Below are positions 1 through 8,825 of a stretch of DNA of 64,000 bases, piece by piece. The stretch is taken from NCBI GenBank assembly GCA_028286885.1, contig JAQBQS010000008.1, forward strand, positions 12,121 to 76,120, read 5' to 3'. The notes beneath the pieces were generated by a model. The model did not search any database. It saw nothing but the letters and a program-made list of their open reading frames with translations, and had not been told where the DNA came from. The translations under genes were made by a program, and so were the position numbers. Position 1 is the stretch's first letter, and each line of letters starts with the position of its first letter. Source of the stretch: Patescibacteria group bacterium. GTDB lineage: Bacteria; Patescibacteriota; Minisyncoccia; Phycocordibacterales; UBA1006.

Positions 1-687
1 ATAACCTCCTTTGCGATAATACAATGCGTATTCTTTAAGAGACAATCCTTTCCTTCCTTCTTTACTCCATCGCAGCATATAATCCTTCAGCTTTCTTGAA
101 ACAAATTCACTTTCCAGCTTTCCATTCTCGACAAGATAAAAGAATTCCGCAAAATGCCTCGCACATGACATTGTCGTGCTTGAAAACTGATAAGGCTTAT
201 CTTCCTTGATTCGGTCCAAGAATTTTCGAGTAACCTCGCTTCCCTGCCAGCCGTTTTTATAAATGATATTTTGGGTGATTGATTCCCGACCAACCAAATC
301 AATCAGACAATTCGACGCGGTATTATCAGATCGTGTCAGCATCAAGTCGAGCAAGTAATCAATCGCAACAAGATCGCCGGCATTCAAAAGTTTTCTTGTA
401 TCGCCAGGAAAAATCCTCGCATCTTTATCCACGTCATTTGGTGATTTTACAGCAATTTTCTGGTTAATATTAAAATCACCAACTTCGATTCTTCTTAAGA
501 CTTCAGCTCCAATAAATACTTTATACATGCTGGCTGGATAAATAAAATGATCCAAGTTGTAACCAAAAATTTCAGGCTTATCGGAATTTAAATCAACAAC
601 AGCAAAGCTCATCTCGTATTTGGAAATGAGATCCTTAAAAATATTCTGCAGTTCGATGCTTTTGGTTTTGTTTTCTTGAAGAATCAT
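1..687 (-). CDS. class A beta-lactamase-family serine hydrolase (partial, C-terminus beyond window edge)
   Basis: Not in the ORF track because it runs off the window edge. Hand translation from ATG at 687..685 gives MILQENK... with S-x-x-K (SMYK) and SDN (RSDNTASN) motifs. Its ATG overlaps the stop of the upstream gene in the ATGA configuration. Confidence 0.55.
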   Translation of the reverse strand, partial: MILQENKTKSIELQNIFKDLISKYEMSFAVVDLNSDKPEIFGYNLDHFIYPASMYKVFIGAEVLRRIEVGDFNINQKIAVKSPNDVDKDARIFPGDTRKLLNAGDLVAIDYLLDLMLTRSDNTASNCLIDLVGRESITQNIIYKNGWQGSEVTRKFLDRIKEDKPYQFSSTTMSCARHFAEFFYLVENGKLESEFVSRKLKDYMLRWSKEGRKGLSLKEYALYYRKGGY

Positions 688-1433
688 AGTTGTTTCCATT
701 GATCTGAAATCCCAATTGTTCGTTCGGGATCAGCTTTCATTAACGCGATTAATTGACTTGTATCAGCAATCCATTCAGATCCATCCCAATATTCGAGACC
801 AGACAGATTTGTTTTATAGCGCGATTTTTCATCATAGCCAGTTCCGATATAAAAATATTCTTTTCCTTTTTCTTTTACAGCAAGCATCCGGTCAACCAGA
901 AGCCACATTCCGAGCGATGAAAATGCAGGACCAAGATCATACCAGCTGAACCAAAAATGAACTGCGTTTTTCATCTTGATTTCCAAGACACATGCCCGCA
1001 AAACATTTCCGATATCACGGTATTCAAGAATCACGGACTCAGGAAACATGCTTGTAACGAGATCGAATCGCGCGCGTGGCATGACATGCTCGCCATGCTT
1101 GGCTTTGAAATATTCAAGAGCGAAGCGAACTTTGTCTTCATCTTGAACATATTCGCCCGTCGAGACCTCAGTAACGGAAAATGATTCTTGGAACTTTTTA
1201 TAAACCCTTCTGTTTTCACTCGAAAGGCTCATGTTCGAAATCGCAACGCGCAGGCTGCGAGCCATATAAAAGAGCCGCTTATCGTGTTTTGCAAACGGTC
1301 CTGAATACGGCAAAAAACCTTGGGAATAAATCGGATCCAAGAATTCATCCGGAAATCTTTCGGCATAAACCGCATAGCCGAACGAATAGGTTTCATAATT
1401 ATGCGCAAATTCGCTTGAAAAGATTCTTGGCAT
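684..1433 (-). CDS. leucyl/phenylalanyl-tRNA--protein transferase-like (Aat family; GNAT/FemAB-like fold)
   Basis: Internal ATG at 1433 sits 1 nt after the alr stop. The YSQGFLPYSGPF segment resembles the Aat YQRGIFPWFSP motif. The C-terminal YIGTGY..RYK..L..LEYW segment resembles the ATE_C/Aat consensus. Confidence 0.5.
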   Translation of the reverse strand: MPRIFSSEFAHNYETYSFGYAVYAERFPDEFLDPIYSQGFLPYSGPFAKHDKRLFYMARSLRVAISNMSLSSENRRVYKKFQESFSVTEVSTGEYVQDEDKVRFALEYFKAKHGEHVMPRARFDLVTSMFPESVILEYRDIGNVLRACVLEIKMKNAVHFWFSWYDLGPAFSSLGMWLLVDRMLAVKEKGKEYFYIGTGYDEKSRYKTNLSGLEYWDGSEWIADTSQLIALMKADPERTIGISDQWKQL

Positions 1434-1434
1434 A

Positions 1435-2556
1435 TTATTGGATATAAATCCTCGGCACGCGGTCCGAGATGCATGTGGTGATTTCGTGCGGAGCCGTGCC
1501 GATTTTCTCGGCAATCATTTTTGCCGTGATGGCACAGTCGCCATCCGTTCCGATAAGGATCACCTCGTCATCCAAATAGGCCGTACCTGAGTTTCCAAGC
1601 GAAACCATGACTTGATCCATGCAAACGCGGCCGGCAACGCCGTATCGTTCTCCGCGCACAATGACTTCGCCTAAATTGGAAAGCCTGCGAGGAAACCCAT
1701 CGGCGTATCCGACGGGAATCGAAATGATGCGCGCGTAATCATCCCCGGGCTTCCATGACCTGCCATAGCCGACCGGTTCGTCATTTGAAACCACCTTGAA
1801 ATAAACAACTTTTGTTTTCCACTGGAGCGACGGGCGCATACTCGCCGGCAAAATATCAAACTCGGTTTCAGGCTCGATTCCGTAGAGCGCGATTCCGGGG
1901 CGCACCATGTCCAAATGAAATTGCGGATACATGAAAATTGAACGCGAGCTGCATGTATGCCTGATTGGAATGGTTAAGCCAATAGATTTCGCGTAATCAA
2001 TAACGTTCAAAAAACGATCGAACTGAATTCTTGTATAATCAGAATCGAGCGAATCGGAGAAGTGGGTATAGATTCCTTCGCACATAATTTTGGATTCATT
2101 CACAAGCTGCTTTGCATAATCAATCAGCGCATGGAACCGCTCCCAGTGCACGCCGATGCGTCCCATGCCCGTATCGATTTTCAAATGCACTGTTGGAATT
2201 TTTTTCTGAACTTCGGCAATAGTCGCGATTCTTGTCAATTTATCAAGCGATGACGCGGTGACGGTCAAGTCATGATTAATGCATATTTCAATGTCATCAT
2301 TATCCACTCCCGCCATGACAAGAATAGGGATCGTAACCCCGGCCTCGCGCAATCTGACACCTTCGTTTGCAATGGCTACTGCCAAATAGTCCGTTCCGCA
2401 TTCTTGCAGTCGTTTGGCAACAGGAACAAGCCCGTGCCCGTAGGCATTGGCTTTGATGACTGCGCAAACTTTCGTAGCCGGATTGCATGCAGACCGAATG
2501 ACGCCCAAATTGTTTTGGATCGCGCCGAGGTCGACTGTGCAGTATGTATTTCGCAT
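1435..2556 (-). CDS. alr: alanine racemase
   Basis: AVIKANAYGHG PLP-lysine motif and full-length Alr architecture. Confidence 0.9.
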   Translation of the reverse strand: MRNTYCTVDLGAIQNNLGVIRSACNPATKVCAVIKANAYGHGLVPVAKRLQECGTDYLAVAIANEGVRLREAGVTIPILVMAGVDNDDIEICINHDLTVTASSLDKLTRIATIAEVQKKIPTVHLKIDTGMGRIGVHWERFHALIDYAKQLVNESKIMCEGIYTHFSDSLDSDYTRIQFDRFLNVIDYAKSIGLTIPIRHTCSSRSIFMYPQFHLDMVRPGIALYGIEPETEFDILPASMRPSLQWKTKVVYFKVVSNDEPVGYGRSWKPGDDYARIISIPVGYADGFPRRLSNLGEVIVRGERYGVAGRVCMDQVMVSLGNSGTAYLDDEVILIGTDGDCAITAKMIAEKIGTAPHEITTCISDRVPRIYIQ

Positions 2557-2583
2557 AGAAACGAGTATACCAAACTGACAGAA

Positions 2584-3054
2584 TTACCAAACTCTCTCAA
2601 TATCACGAGTTCCAGACTCATATTCCCTGATCCTGCGCATAGTTGCAGGGCTCGTATCGAACGGAAGCAAACCAAGATGAAACCATTTTGCATCGTCAAG
2701 TTCATATCCTCGCACGAATTGTGAGTCCGTACATATGAGAATTAAAATTTCTACTGCGTCCGTCTTGCCTTCCCGCTGATTAAAATAGACGCCAAGTTTT
2801 TCATGATGCGTAATCCATTGCGGCGGGATGCGCAATTCCTCCCACAGTTCGCGAAGAAGGCCGTCAAATGTGTTTTCAGATTTCTTAATCCCTCCGCCGG
2901 GAAGCGACCAGTAATCGCGCATCGCATGTTTGACCAAGAGTATGTGATTGTCTCGAATAAGAAGCCCTCGCGCGCCTCGCGTATGAGGGCGAAAAACTTT
3001 CCAGTAGATCCGCGCCCACGGATAAAAAATATGTTTGAAGAGAAACTTTTTCAC
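2584..3054 (-). CDS. NUDIX hydrolase
   Basis: Nudix box GGGIKKSENTFDGLLRELWEE. The first codon is GTG. Confidence 0.8.
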   Translation of the reverse strand: MKKFLFKHIFYPWARIYWKVFRPHTRGARGLLIRDNHILLVKHAMRDYWSLPGGGIKKSENTFDGLLRELWEELRIPPQWITHHEKLGVYFNQREGKTDAVEILILICTDSQFVRGYELDDAKWFHLGLLPFDTSPATMRRIREYESGTRDIERVW

Positions 3055-3101
3055 GAATGAATTTTAGCATGAAAAAAGCGACCCTGGTGGATCGCCTTGA
3101 G

Positions 3102-3812
3102 TTAGCCTCCGATGAGGCTTCCGAATGAAGTATCGGCAAGATCAGGCTGCTCGAGATCTTCGAGTTTCATGATTTTAATGGAAATAGAATTGCGTTTTGC
3201 AAACGCGAACGCTTCCAGATCCATCACCTCATATTGCTTGTCGAGAACCTCCTGGTAGCCGATGTGTGGAATGATCGTTGCCTGAGGATCTTTTTTCGGA
3301 TCTGCCGTAAACAGGCCTCCGACTTCCGTAACTTTGACGACGAATTTTACTCCAACCTCATACGCATAGCTTACGGCAGCCATATCGGTTGTGAATCCGC
3401 AACGGCCGGTACCTCCGCCAAAAATAATGATATGACCTTTACCGGTCCACCATTTTGCTTTGCCCGCTTCATAGGGATGAAGCTCAAGCGAAGGATACCC
3501 TGTCGGGGTCATGACATGAGCCTTTTGACCGATCCGACATAGCATTTTTTTCAGCATGAGGGCGTTCAGAAGCGTTGAAGCCATTCCGATGTGGTCCGCT
3601 TCACCGTCCTCGAATTTGAATTGCTCAAGTTCGCGGCCGCGTACGATATTGCCGCCACCCACGACGACATATACCTGACAGCCGAGCCTTTCTTTCAAGC
3701 CTAGGATAAGCTTGGCAATGCCGAGCACGTTATCGTAATTAAACAACTGTTGGCCGTTTTCTTGTTTCGTGCCCAAGAGTTCCCCTGAAATCTTTACTAA
3801 TATATTTTTCAT
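3102..3812 (-). CDS. pyrH: UMP kinase
   Basis: KISGE and VVGGGN motifs; 236 aa. Confidence 0.9.
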   Translation of the reverse strand: MKNILVKISGELLGTKQENGQQLFNYDNVLGIAKLILGLKERLGCQVYVVVGGGNIVRGRELEQFKFEDGEADHIGMASTLLNALMLKKMLCRIGQKAHVMTPTGYPSLELHPYEAGKAKWWTGKGHIIIFGGGTGRCGFTTDMAAVSYAYEVGVKFVVKVTEVGGLFTADPKKDPQATIIPHIGYQEVLDKQYEVMDLEAFAFAKRNSISIKIMKLEDLEQPDLADTSFGSLIGG

Positions 3813-3909
3813 TTTTAATGTTTTGTTTCGAAAGTCAAAGTATCATGAAATTTAAAAAAGATCAAGGCTGATTTCAAAATAAAAAACCGCCCTTTCCAAG
3901 CGGCTTGTT

Positions 3910-4572
3910 TTACATTTCAATCGGCCCGTAGAAGCTTTCTTTTCTCCAAGAATACACTGCCCACATCCGGTCGCCGTAGCAGTAATGCCACCATTCGCCC
4001 GGATACCAAACAAATCCGACTGATTCCATCGCTTCGCGAAGAAGTGTCCGATTTTTGATTTGAACATCCGTCAGACCTTTTGCAAACATTGGAGCCTTGG
4101 GACGCTCTGCTTCAGTGGCAGCCGCATACTGCGTTCCGAAATCCAGCAATTCTCCATTGGTTTTCGCAAGCATGACGTCAACCGCACCTCCGCAAACATG
4201 ATTCGAAATTCCGACGGGACGCGCGACAACCTGCCGAACTTCTATGTCAATCTTGTCATCATTCCAATCCGGATGTTCCGACTTTACGATATTCCATTTC
4301 CGCTCCCAGCACATTTTTTGTTTCGACATTGAACGATATCCCTCTATAACAACTAATGCTATTCCTTCGGGCAGCAACGCCGCCGCTTGATGAATCTTGC
4401 CAAAGACAGACTTTCTGACCATAAACGACGTTGTAATTCCCGGGAAGAGCTCGATCGGCATGAGGATTATTTTTTCCGTAGGAAAAATCTCTACGAGTTC
4501 TTCGTTCGTCTCATTAATGCCGACGGAATCCCAAGCGCTTTTTGGAAGTGTTTTTTGAATTTGTTTTCTCAT
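3910..4572 (-). CDS. D-alanyl-D-alanine dipeptidase (peptidase M15D, VanX/DdpX-like)
   Basis: SNHVCGGAVD and EWWH motifs. The ORF-track start is TTG at 4635; internal ATGs lie at 4608 and 4572, and the true start is uncertain. Confidence 0.7.
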   Translation of the reverse strand: MRKQIQKTLPKSAWDSVGINETNEELVEIFPTEKIILMPIELFPGITTSFMVRKSVFGKIHQAAALLPEGIALVVIEGYRSMSKQKMCWERKWNIVKSEHPDWNDDKIDIEVRQVVARPVGISNHVCGGAVDVMLAKTNGELLDFGTQYAAATEAERPKAPMFAKGLTDVQIKNRTLLREAMESVGFVWYPGEWWHYCYGDRMWAVYSWRKESFYGPIEM

Positions 4573-4631
4573 TGAATTATTTTTTCGTTTGAAGAAGTTT
4601 AAAAACATAATGAAGCAGTTTGATATTAAAA

Positions 4632-5339
4632 TCAACTTTTGAAAGCATTAACTTCTTTTTCGCTCAGCTCCCTCACGTCCCCGCTTTTCATATTTCCAAC
4701 CTTGATGCTGCCGATGCGGATGCGCTTCAACTCTTCGATCGTCAACCGACACGCGTCAGCCATTCTGCGGATCTGGTGCTTGCGCCCTTCGCGCAAGATG
4801 ATCGAGAATACCGTATCATTCAATCGTTTCGTTTTTGCGGGCAATGTCTTCTTGCCGTCAAGAACAATTCCTTTTGCCATCTTTTCAATTGCTTCATCCG
4901 TCACGGGTTCACGCGTCGTGACAATATATTCCTTTTCGACTTCGGAGTTTTCACCTGTGATCGCGCGGGTAACCAACCCGTCATTCGTAAGGAGGATCAG
5001 GCCTTCGGAATCCTTGTCGAGGCGGCCGACCGGCGAAAGCGTTGCCAGCGCCGGAAATTCGTCATGGATATCAACCGAGTCCTCGCTTGTCTTGCTTGTC
5101 TCGATTCCGCGCGGCTTGTACAAAACCACGGTCGTCTTCTTTTCAATCTTGCCAACAATGGCAACCTTGTCAGTTTTTGGATCAACACCAAAGCCAGTCT
5201 CTCTAACTATTTTTCCATTTACGGAAATCTTGCCGTCCAAAATCAGCTGCTTGCCTTCCCGGCGCGAACAAAGTCCTTCTTGAGCTATGAACTTTTCGAG
5301 GCGGATTAATCCTTTTTCAAGAGTACTCTGATCTTTCAT
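4632..5339 (-). CDS. pseudouridine synthase, RsuA/RluB family (S4 domain + catalytic domain)
   Basis: N-terminal S4-like segment, followed by the GRLDKDSEGLILLTNDG catalytic-Asp motif. Confidence 0.8.
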   Translation of the reverse strand: MKDQSTLEKGLIRLEKFIAQEGLCSRREGKQLILDGKISVNGKIVRETGFGVDPKTDKVAIVGKIEKKTTVVLYKPRGIETSKTSEDSVDIHDEFPALATLSPVGRLDKDSEGLILLTNDGLVTRAITGENSEVEKEYIVTTREPVTDEAIEKMAKGIVLDGKKTLPAKTKRLNDTVFSIILREGRKHQIRRMADACRLTIEELKRIRIGSIKVGNMKSGDVRELSEKEVNAFKS

Positions 5340-5389
5340 GGAAAAACTGTAGCATAAAAAAGCAGGAATAAATCCTGCCTTACTTTAAA

Positions 5390-5851
5390 TCACTTCTTCT
5401 TCGTATAGAGAATCGTTGTAGCCATATGGTCATAGTACCAATCGCTTTGCTGATGCTTTCCAACTTCGAATGCAATGCATCCCTTGAAATATTCTTCGGG
5501 GATTTGTTCAAGGATTTCGGCAAGGTCTGGTTTAAAATACGAAGCCTGCCCTGACTCATGATAGGTTGTTATTTTCGCCAATATCACAAGATCAGTTCTT
5601 TGTTGCCCCTTTTCAATGTCCCAAATAAATGACGCTTTTCGCGGATCTGAAAGAAGATCTTCTGGCAAGACTATTTCTTTGGTGACTTTCTTATGCGTAA
5701 CAACCGGCTTGATCCTGCCTAGAAGTTCTCTTATTTTCAAATTTGTAAGCTTCCTTTTCTCAGGAACCTCTCTTTTCTCCTTCGATTTTTTCTTGTCGAA
5801 ATCAATGCATCGTTGAGCTATGGTATCCAATAGGCTTTCTTCTTTTTTCAT
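5390..5851 (-). CDS. hypothetical protein (basic N-terminus)
   Basis: Clean 153 aa ORF with an ATG start; no motif recognised. Confidence 0.45.
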   Translation of the reverse strand: MKKEESLLDTIAQRCIDFDKKKSKEKREVPEKRKLTNLKIRELLGRIKPVVTHKKVTKEIVLPEDLLSDPRKASFIWDIEKGQQRTDLVILAKITTYHESGQASYFKPDLAEILEQIPEEYFKGCIAFEVGKHQQSDWYYDHMATTILYTKKK

Positions 5852-5956
5852 ATGTTAAGTTTTGATTTAATTAACTTAATACTAATTTTAAAAAGAAAAG
5901 TCAAGAAATTGAAAATTTCAAAGTAAAAAGCAGGGTGTTGCCCCTGCTCGCATAAT

Positions 5957-6382
5957 TCATATTCTTTCTACCAAGAAGTAGCAGCCTTCCCATTCGTCCA
6001 CTCGCTCTCTCTTGAATATTTGAGACCAATTATTATCTTTTCTTGAGGTAATAGCCACGAGAATGCGACTTCCTTGGTAAACAAGAAACGCAAGATGCGA
6101 ATAGATATCTTCTTCTATTGAGACAACGACGGTTTCTTCGCTAAATCCCTCTTCACCCAAGCACGCGACATACCGCGAATCTACTGCCCGGTATCCGTTT
6201 TTAAGTAGAACCTCGGGGATGAGTTCAGAACCTTTTTCGTCAAATACTACAACGTAAAGATTTTTTGCTTCAAGATTATCAGTACCTTTGATATAAATTT
6301 CAGCAGCGTACTGAATAAAATCAAACTTTTCAAGTTTTTCTCTTGTAAATGCAATGTTATTAATTTCTTTTATTATTTTCAC
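5957..6382 (-). CDS. hypothetical protein
   Basis: 141 aa ORF with a GTG start; no motif recognised. Confidence 0.4.
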   Translation of the reverse strand: MKIIKEINNIAFTREKLEKFDFIQYAAEIYIKGTDNLEAKNLYVVVFDEKGSELIPEVLLKNGYRAVDSRYVACLGEEGFSEETVVVSIEEDIYSHLAFLVYQGSRILVAITSRKDNNWSQIFKRERVDEWEGCYFLVERI

Positions 6383-6431
6383 GATGCTTGTTTTTAAATT
6401 TTAAACACAATAACATTGTTAATCTGTAAGG

Positions 6432-6459
6432 TCAAGTATTCTTGGCACTATGCTATACT
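6432..6459 (+). promoter_or_regulatory. sigma70-like promoter (TCAAGT-16-TATACT), -10 box 9 nt upstream of priA ATG
   Basis: Read directly from the sequence. Confidence 0.4.
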
Positions 6460-6468
6460 GCAAAAATC

Positions 6469-8376
6469 ATGAAGATCCTGACCGTCATCCCCATCGCCAA
6501 AGGCATCCCCCGCGACGAGCTGTCGTATTTTTCCGCGAAGCAGGTGGGGCTCGGTACGATGGTAACGGTTCCCTTCGGCGGAAGAAAAATCAAGGCAATC
6601 GTGATTGACGAAAACGAAGTCCGCGACTTGAAGCAGTCGATCAAGAATGAATCGTACTCCTTGAAAAATATTTTAGAGATCCACGCTGACGGATTGCCAT
6701 ACTGCATATTCGCATCGGCGCAAAAAACTGCGCGGTTTTTCGGACAGCCTGCCGGAGCCATTTTGGAGACAATGGTTCCTAAGCCGCTTTTTGAAAAGTA
6801 CTTGTCAAACCCCACCCCACCCCTCCCCGAAGCTCGAGAGGGCGCCCGCAACGCTGATATCCAATCAATTCAAGCTCCCTACCGCGAGCGCATTTCGATT
6901 TACAAGACGATGATCCGGGAAAACATGGCGCGCAACTCCTCGACCATGGTCATCGCACCGACGGTCATTCAGGCCGAGACCTTGTTCGCCGAGCTGAAAC
7001 TTGGAATTGACGACAGAATATTCGCCCTTCACGGAAAGGTTTCCAAGAAAAAATTAGAGTCGAACATCAAAAACGTTTTCGAACGCGAGACGCCGATCGT
7101 TGTCATCGCGACGCCGCCTTATTCGTCTGTCTTGCGCAACGACTGGGCGTCATTCATCGTCGAGCAGTCAAGCTCGCATAATTATCGATACGACTTCAAG
7201 CCGAATTTCGACATGCGGCTGTTCCTCGAACAGTTCGCGTTAGCATGTCGCGCACGCGTGATCTATGCCGACACGCTTTTGGATATCGGAATTCGCACCC
7301 GCATTAACAAGCGGGAAATAATAGAAAACAGAAATACCTGGCATATTGCGAAACCGGAAAATTTCCGCGTGACGGACATGAAGCCTGACGAACGGCCGGA
7401 CACCGTACGAATTTCTCCCATCAAGTCTGACATCTTGGGCATTGATGCGTGCGCCATGCTCACGGCAGGAATAAAAGACAATGCGAACATAATGCTCTTG
7501 TCGCAGCGAAAAGGCATTGCACCCATGACAACCTGCGTAGACTGCGGAACGGTGGTGTCATGCCCCGTATGCGATACGCCTCTCGTCCTGCATCGCAAGA
7601 AGCCTAACTCTGCCGAGCGAATTTATATGTGCCATCATTGCCTCACCTCTTCGATCGCGCTTGATTACTGCAAGAACTGCAACGGATCCAGGTTCAAGAT
7701 GTTCGGCATTACAACAGAAACGATTCGCGCCGAAGTCGAGAAAATCTTTCCGACCGCGCGCACCTTTTTAATCGACGGCGATAATGCAGCGACTCCGGCA
7801 GCGGTTTCAAAAACCATCTCTGCATGGCAAGAGGAATCTGGAATTCTGATTGCGACCCAAGCCATGCTGCCGTATATTCCGTCGGCTGACATGGGCTGCA
7901 TCGTTTCGATGGATTCGATGCTCTCGATGCCTTCCTACACGTCCGGCGAAAACGCCGTGTACTCGATCGTCTCGTTCCTCGAGAAAATTTCGCGCGCCGC
8001 AATCGTCCAGACGAGAATGCATTCGCACGAAGCGGTGCAGGCCATCGAGCGCGAGGACTTGCACGGATTCATGAAGTCCGAACTTGAATCGAGAATCCAG
8101 TTCGGCTATCCGCCTGAAAAAATACTTTTGAAGATTTCGCTTGATGCCAAGAAAACAGACGCCAAGGATGCCAGCGTTTACTTGGAAACGATTTTCAAGA
8201 AATACGATCCTGACATCCTGATGAAAAAATCAAGGGACATCGACAATTCGATTATTCAAGCCGTCATGAAAATCGAGCCGACACTCTGGAACGACGAGAA
8301 TTCCCGCATCCAGCAAATCGTACGCGAAATGCCTCGGGAATTCACACGCGAAGTAAATCCAGATTCGGTTATTTGA
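6469..8376 (+). CDS. priA: primosomal protein N' (PriA)-like, helicase motifs degenerate
   Basis: N-terminal 3'-DNA-binding-like segment (TMVTVPFGGRKIKAIVI). Zinc cluster CVDCGTVVSCPVCDTP...MCHHC...CKNCNG. PriA-like order of motif blocks, but no GxGKT Walker A and no DEEH motif. ATG at 6469 follows TATACT at 6454..6459. Confidence 0.7.
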   Translation: MKILTVIPIAKGIPRDELSYFSAKQVGLGTMVTVPFGGRKIKAIVIDENEVRDLKQSIKNESYSLKNILEIHADGLPYCIFASAQKTARFFGQPAGAILETMVPKPLFEKYLSNPTPPLPEAREGARNADIQSIQAPYRERISIYKTMIRENMARNSSTMVIAPTVIQAETLFAELKLGIDDRIFALHGKVSKKKLESNIKNVFERETPIVVIATPPYSSVLRNDWASFIVEQSSSHNYRYDFKPNFDMRLFLEQFALACRARVIYADTLLDIGIRTRINKREIIENRNTWHIAKPENFRVTDMKPDERPDTVRISPIKSDILGIDACAMLTAGIKDNANIMLLSQRKGIAPMTTCVDCGTVVSCPVCDTPLVLHRKKPNSAERIYMCHHCLTSSIALDYCKNCNGSRFKMFGITTETIRAEVEKIFPTARTFLIDGDNAATPAAVSKTISAWQEESGILIATQAMLPYIPSADMGCIVSMDSMLSMPSYTSGENAVYSIVSFLEKISRAAIVQTRMHSHEAVQAIEREDLHGFMKSELESRIQFGYPPEKILLKISLDAKKTDAKDASVYLETIFKKYDPDILMKKSRDIDNSIIQAVMKIEPTLWNDENSRIQQIVREMPREFTREVNPDSVI

Positions 8377-8401
8377 CAAATAAAATTTTATTGTGTATAT
8401 T
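8374..8401 (+). promoter_or_regulatory. sigma70-like promoter (TTGACA-16-TATATT) overlapping the priA stop
   Basis: Consensus -35, good -10. Drives the 8.4-8.78 kb unit that ends at the terminator. Confidence 0.45.
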
Positions 8402-8753
8402 TTTCCGAAACATCCGTACAATGACAGTATACAAAATAGGAAAAACAAGAATCTCAATCAAAACATCTTTTTACAGCAGCTTAAACAGGTTCACCAATTC
8501 AATGCTCGGACTGGAAGTTCTGAATTTAGCATTCGGCCCCGAGCATCGTTTGTCCGAGTGTACCGTGCGATCAGTAGAATCTGACCATGGATCAAAGGAA
8601 GTATTCCTGATCCAAGGCGTGGGCAAATATTGTGCAGACCCTGCGATTGAACAGATGATTCCTTGTTCATTCGAGGGAACGTTTAATCTCAATACTCACG
8701 CGCTCGAGCTTGAGGCATACCTGCCCAAGAAAAATCCCGACTATTAAATTATG

Positions 8754-8785
8754 AAGCCGGACATCGTTCCGGCTTTTTTATTTTG
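8754..8785 (+). terminator. intrinsic terminator
   Basis: aagccgga-catcgt-tccggctt followed by a T-run. Confidence 0.6.
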
Positions 8786-8790
8786 AAAAC

Positions 8791-8819
8791 TTGATAATTC
8801 TCTATTTTTGTTCTATAAT
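8791..8819 (+). promoter_or_regulatory. promoter TTGATA-17-TATAAT, 6 nt before ATG 8826
   Basis: Near-consensus boxes. Confidence 0.5.
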
Positions 8820-8825
8820 AATTTC

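Noticed and set aside
4620-5309. Two plus-strand ORFs (229 and 214 aa) overlapping the pseudouridine synthase gene
   Set aside because: They are antisense shadows of a gene with clear S4 and pseudouridine synthase motifs. They have no motifs of their own.
8400-8750. RNase P RNA, tmRNA, SRP RNA or 6S RNA in the orphan transcription unit
   Set aside because: No match to the conserved RNase P P4 strands (AAGTCCGG / ACAGAACCCGGCTTA). No tRNA-like end or tag ORF of tmRNA. No SRP helix-8 motif. The unit is reported as unresolved rather than called as one of these RNAs.
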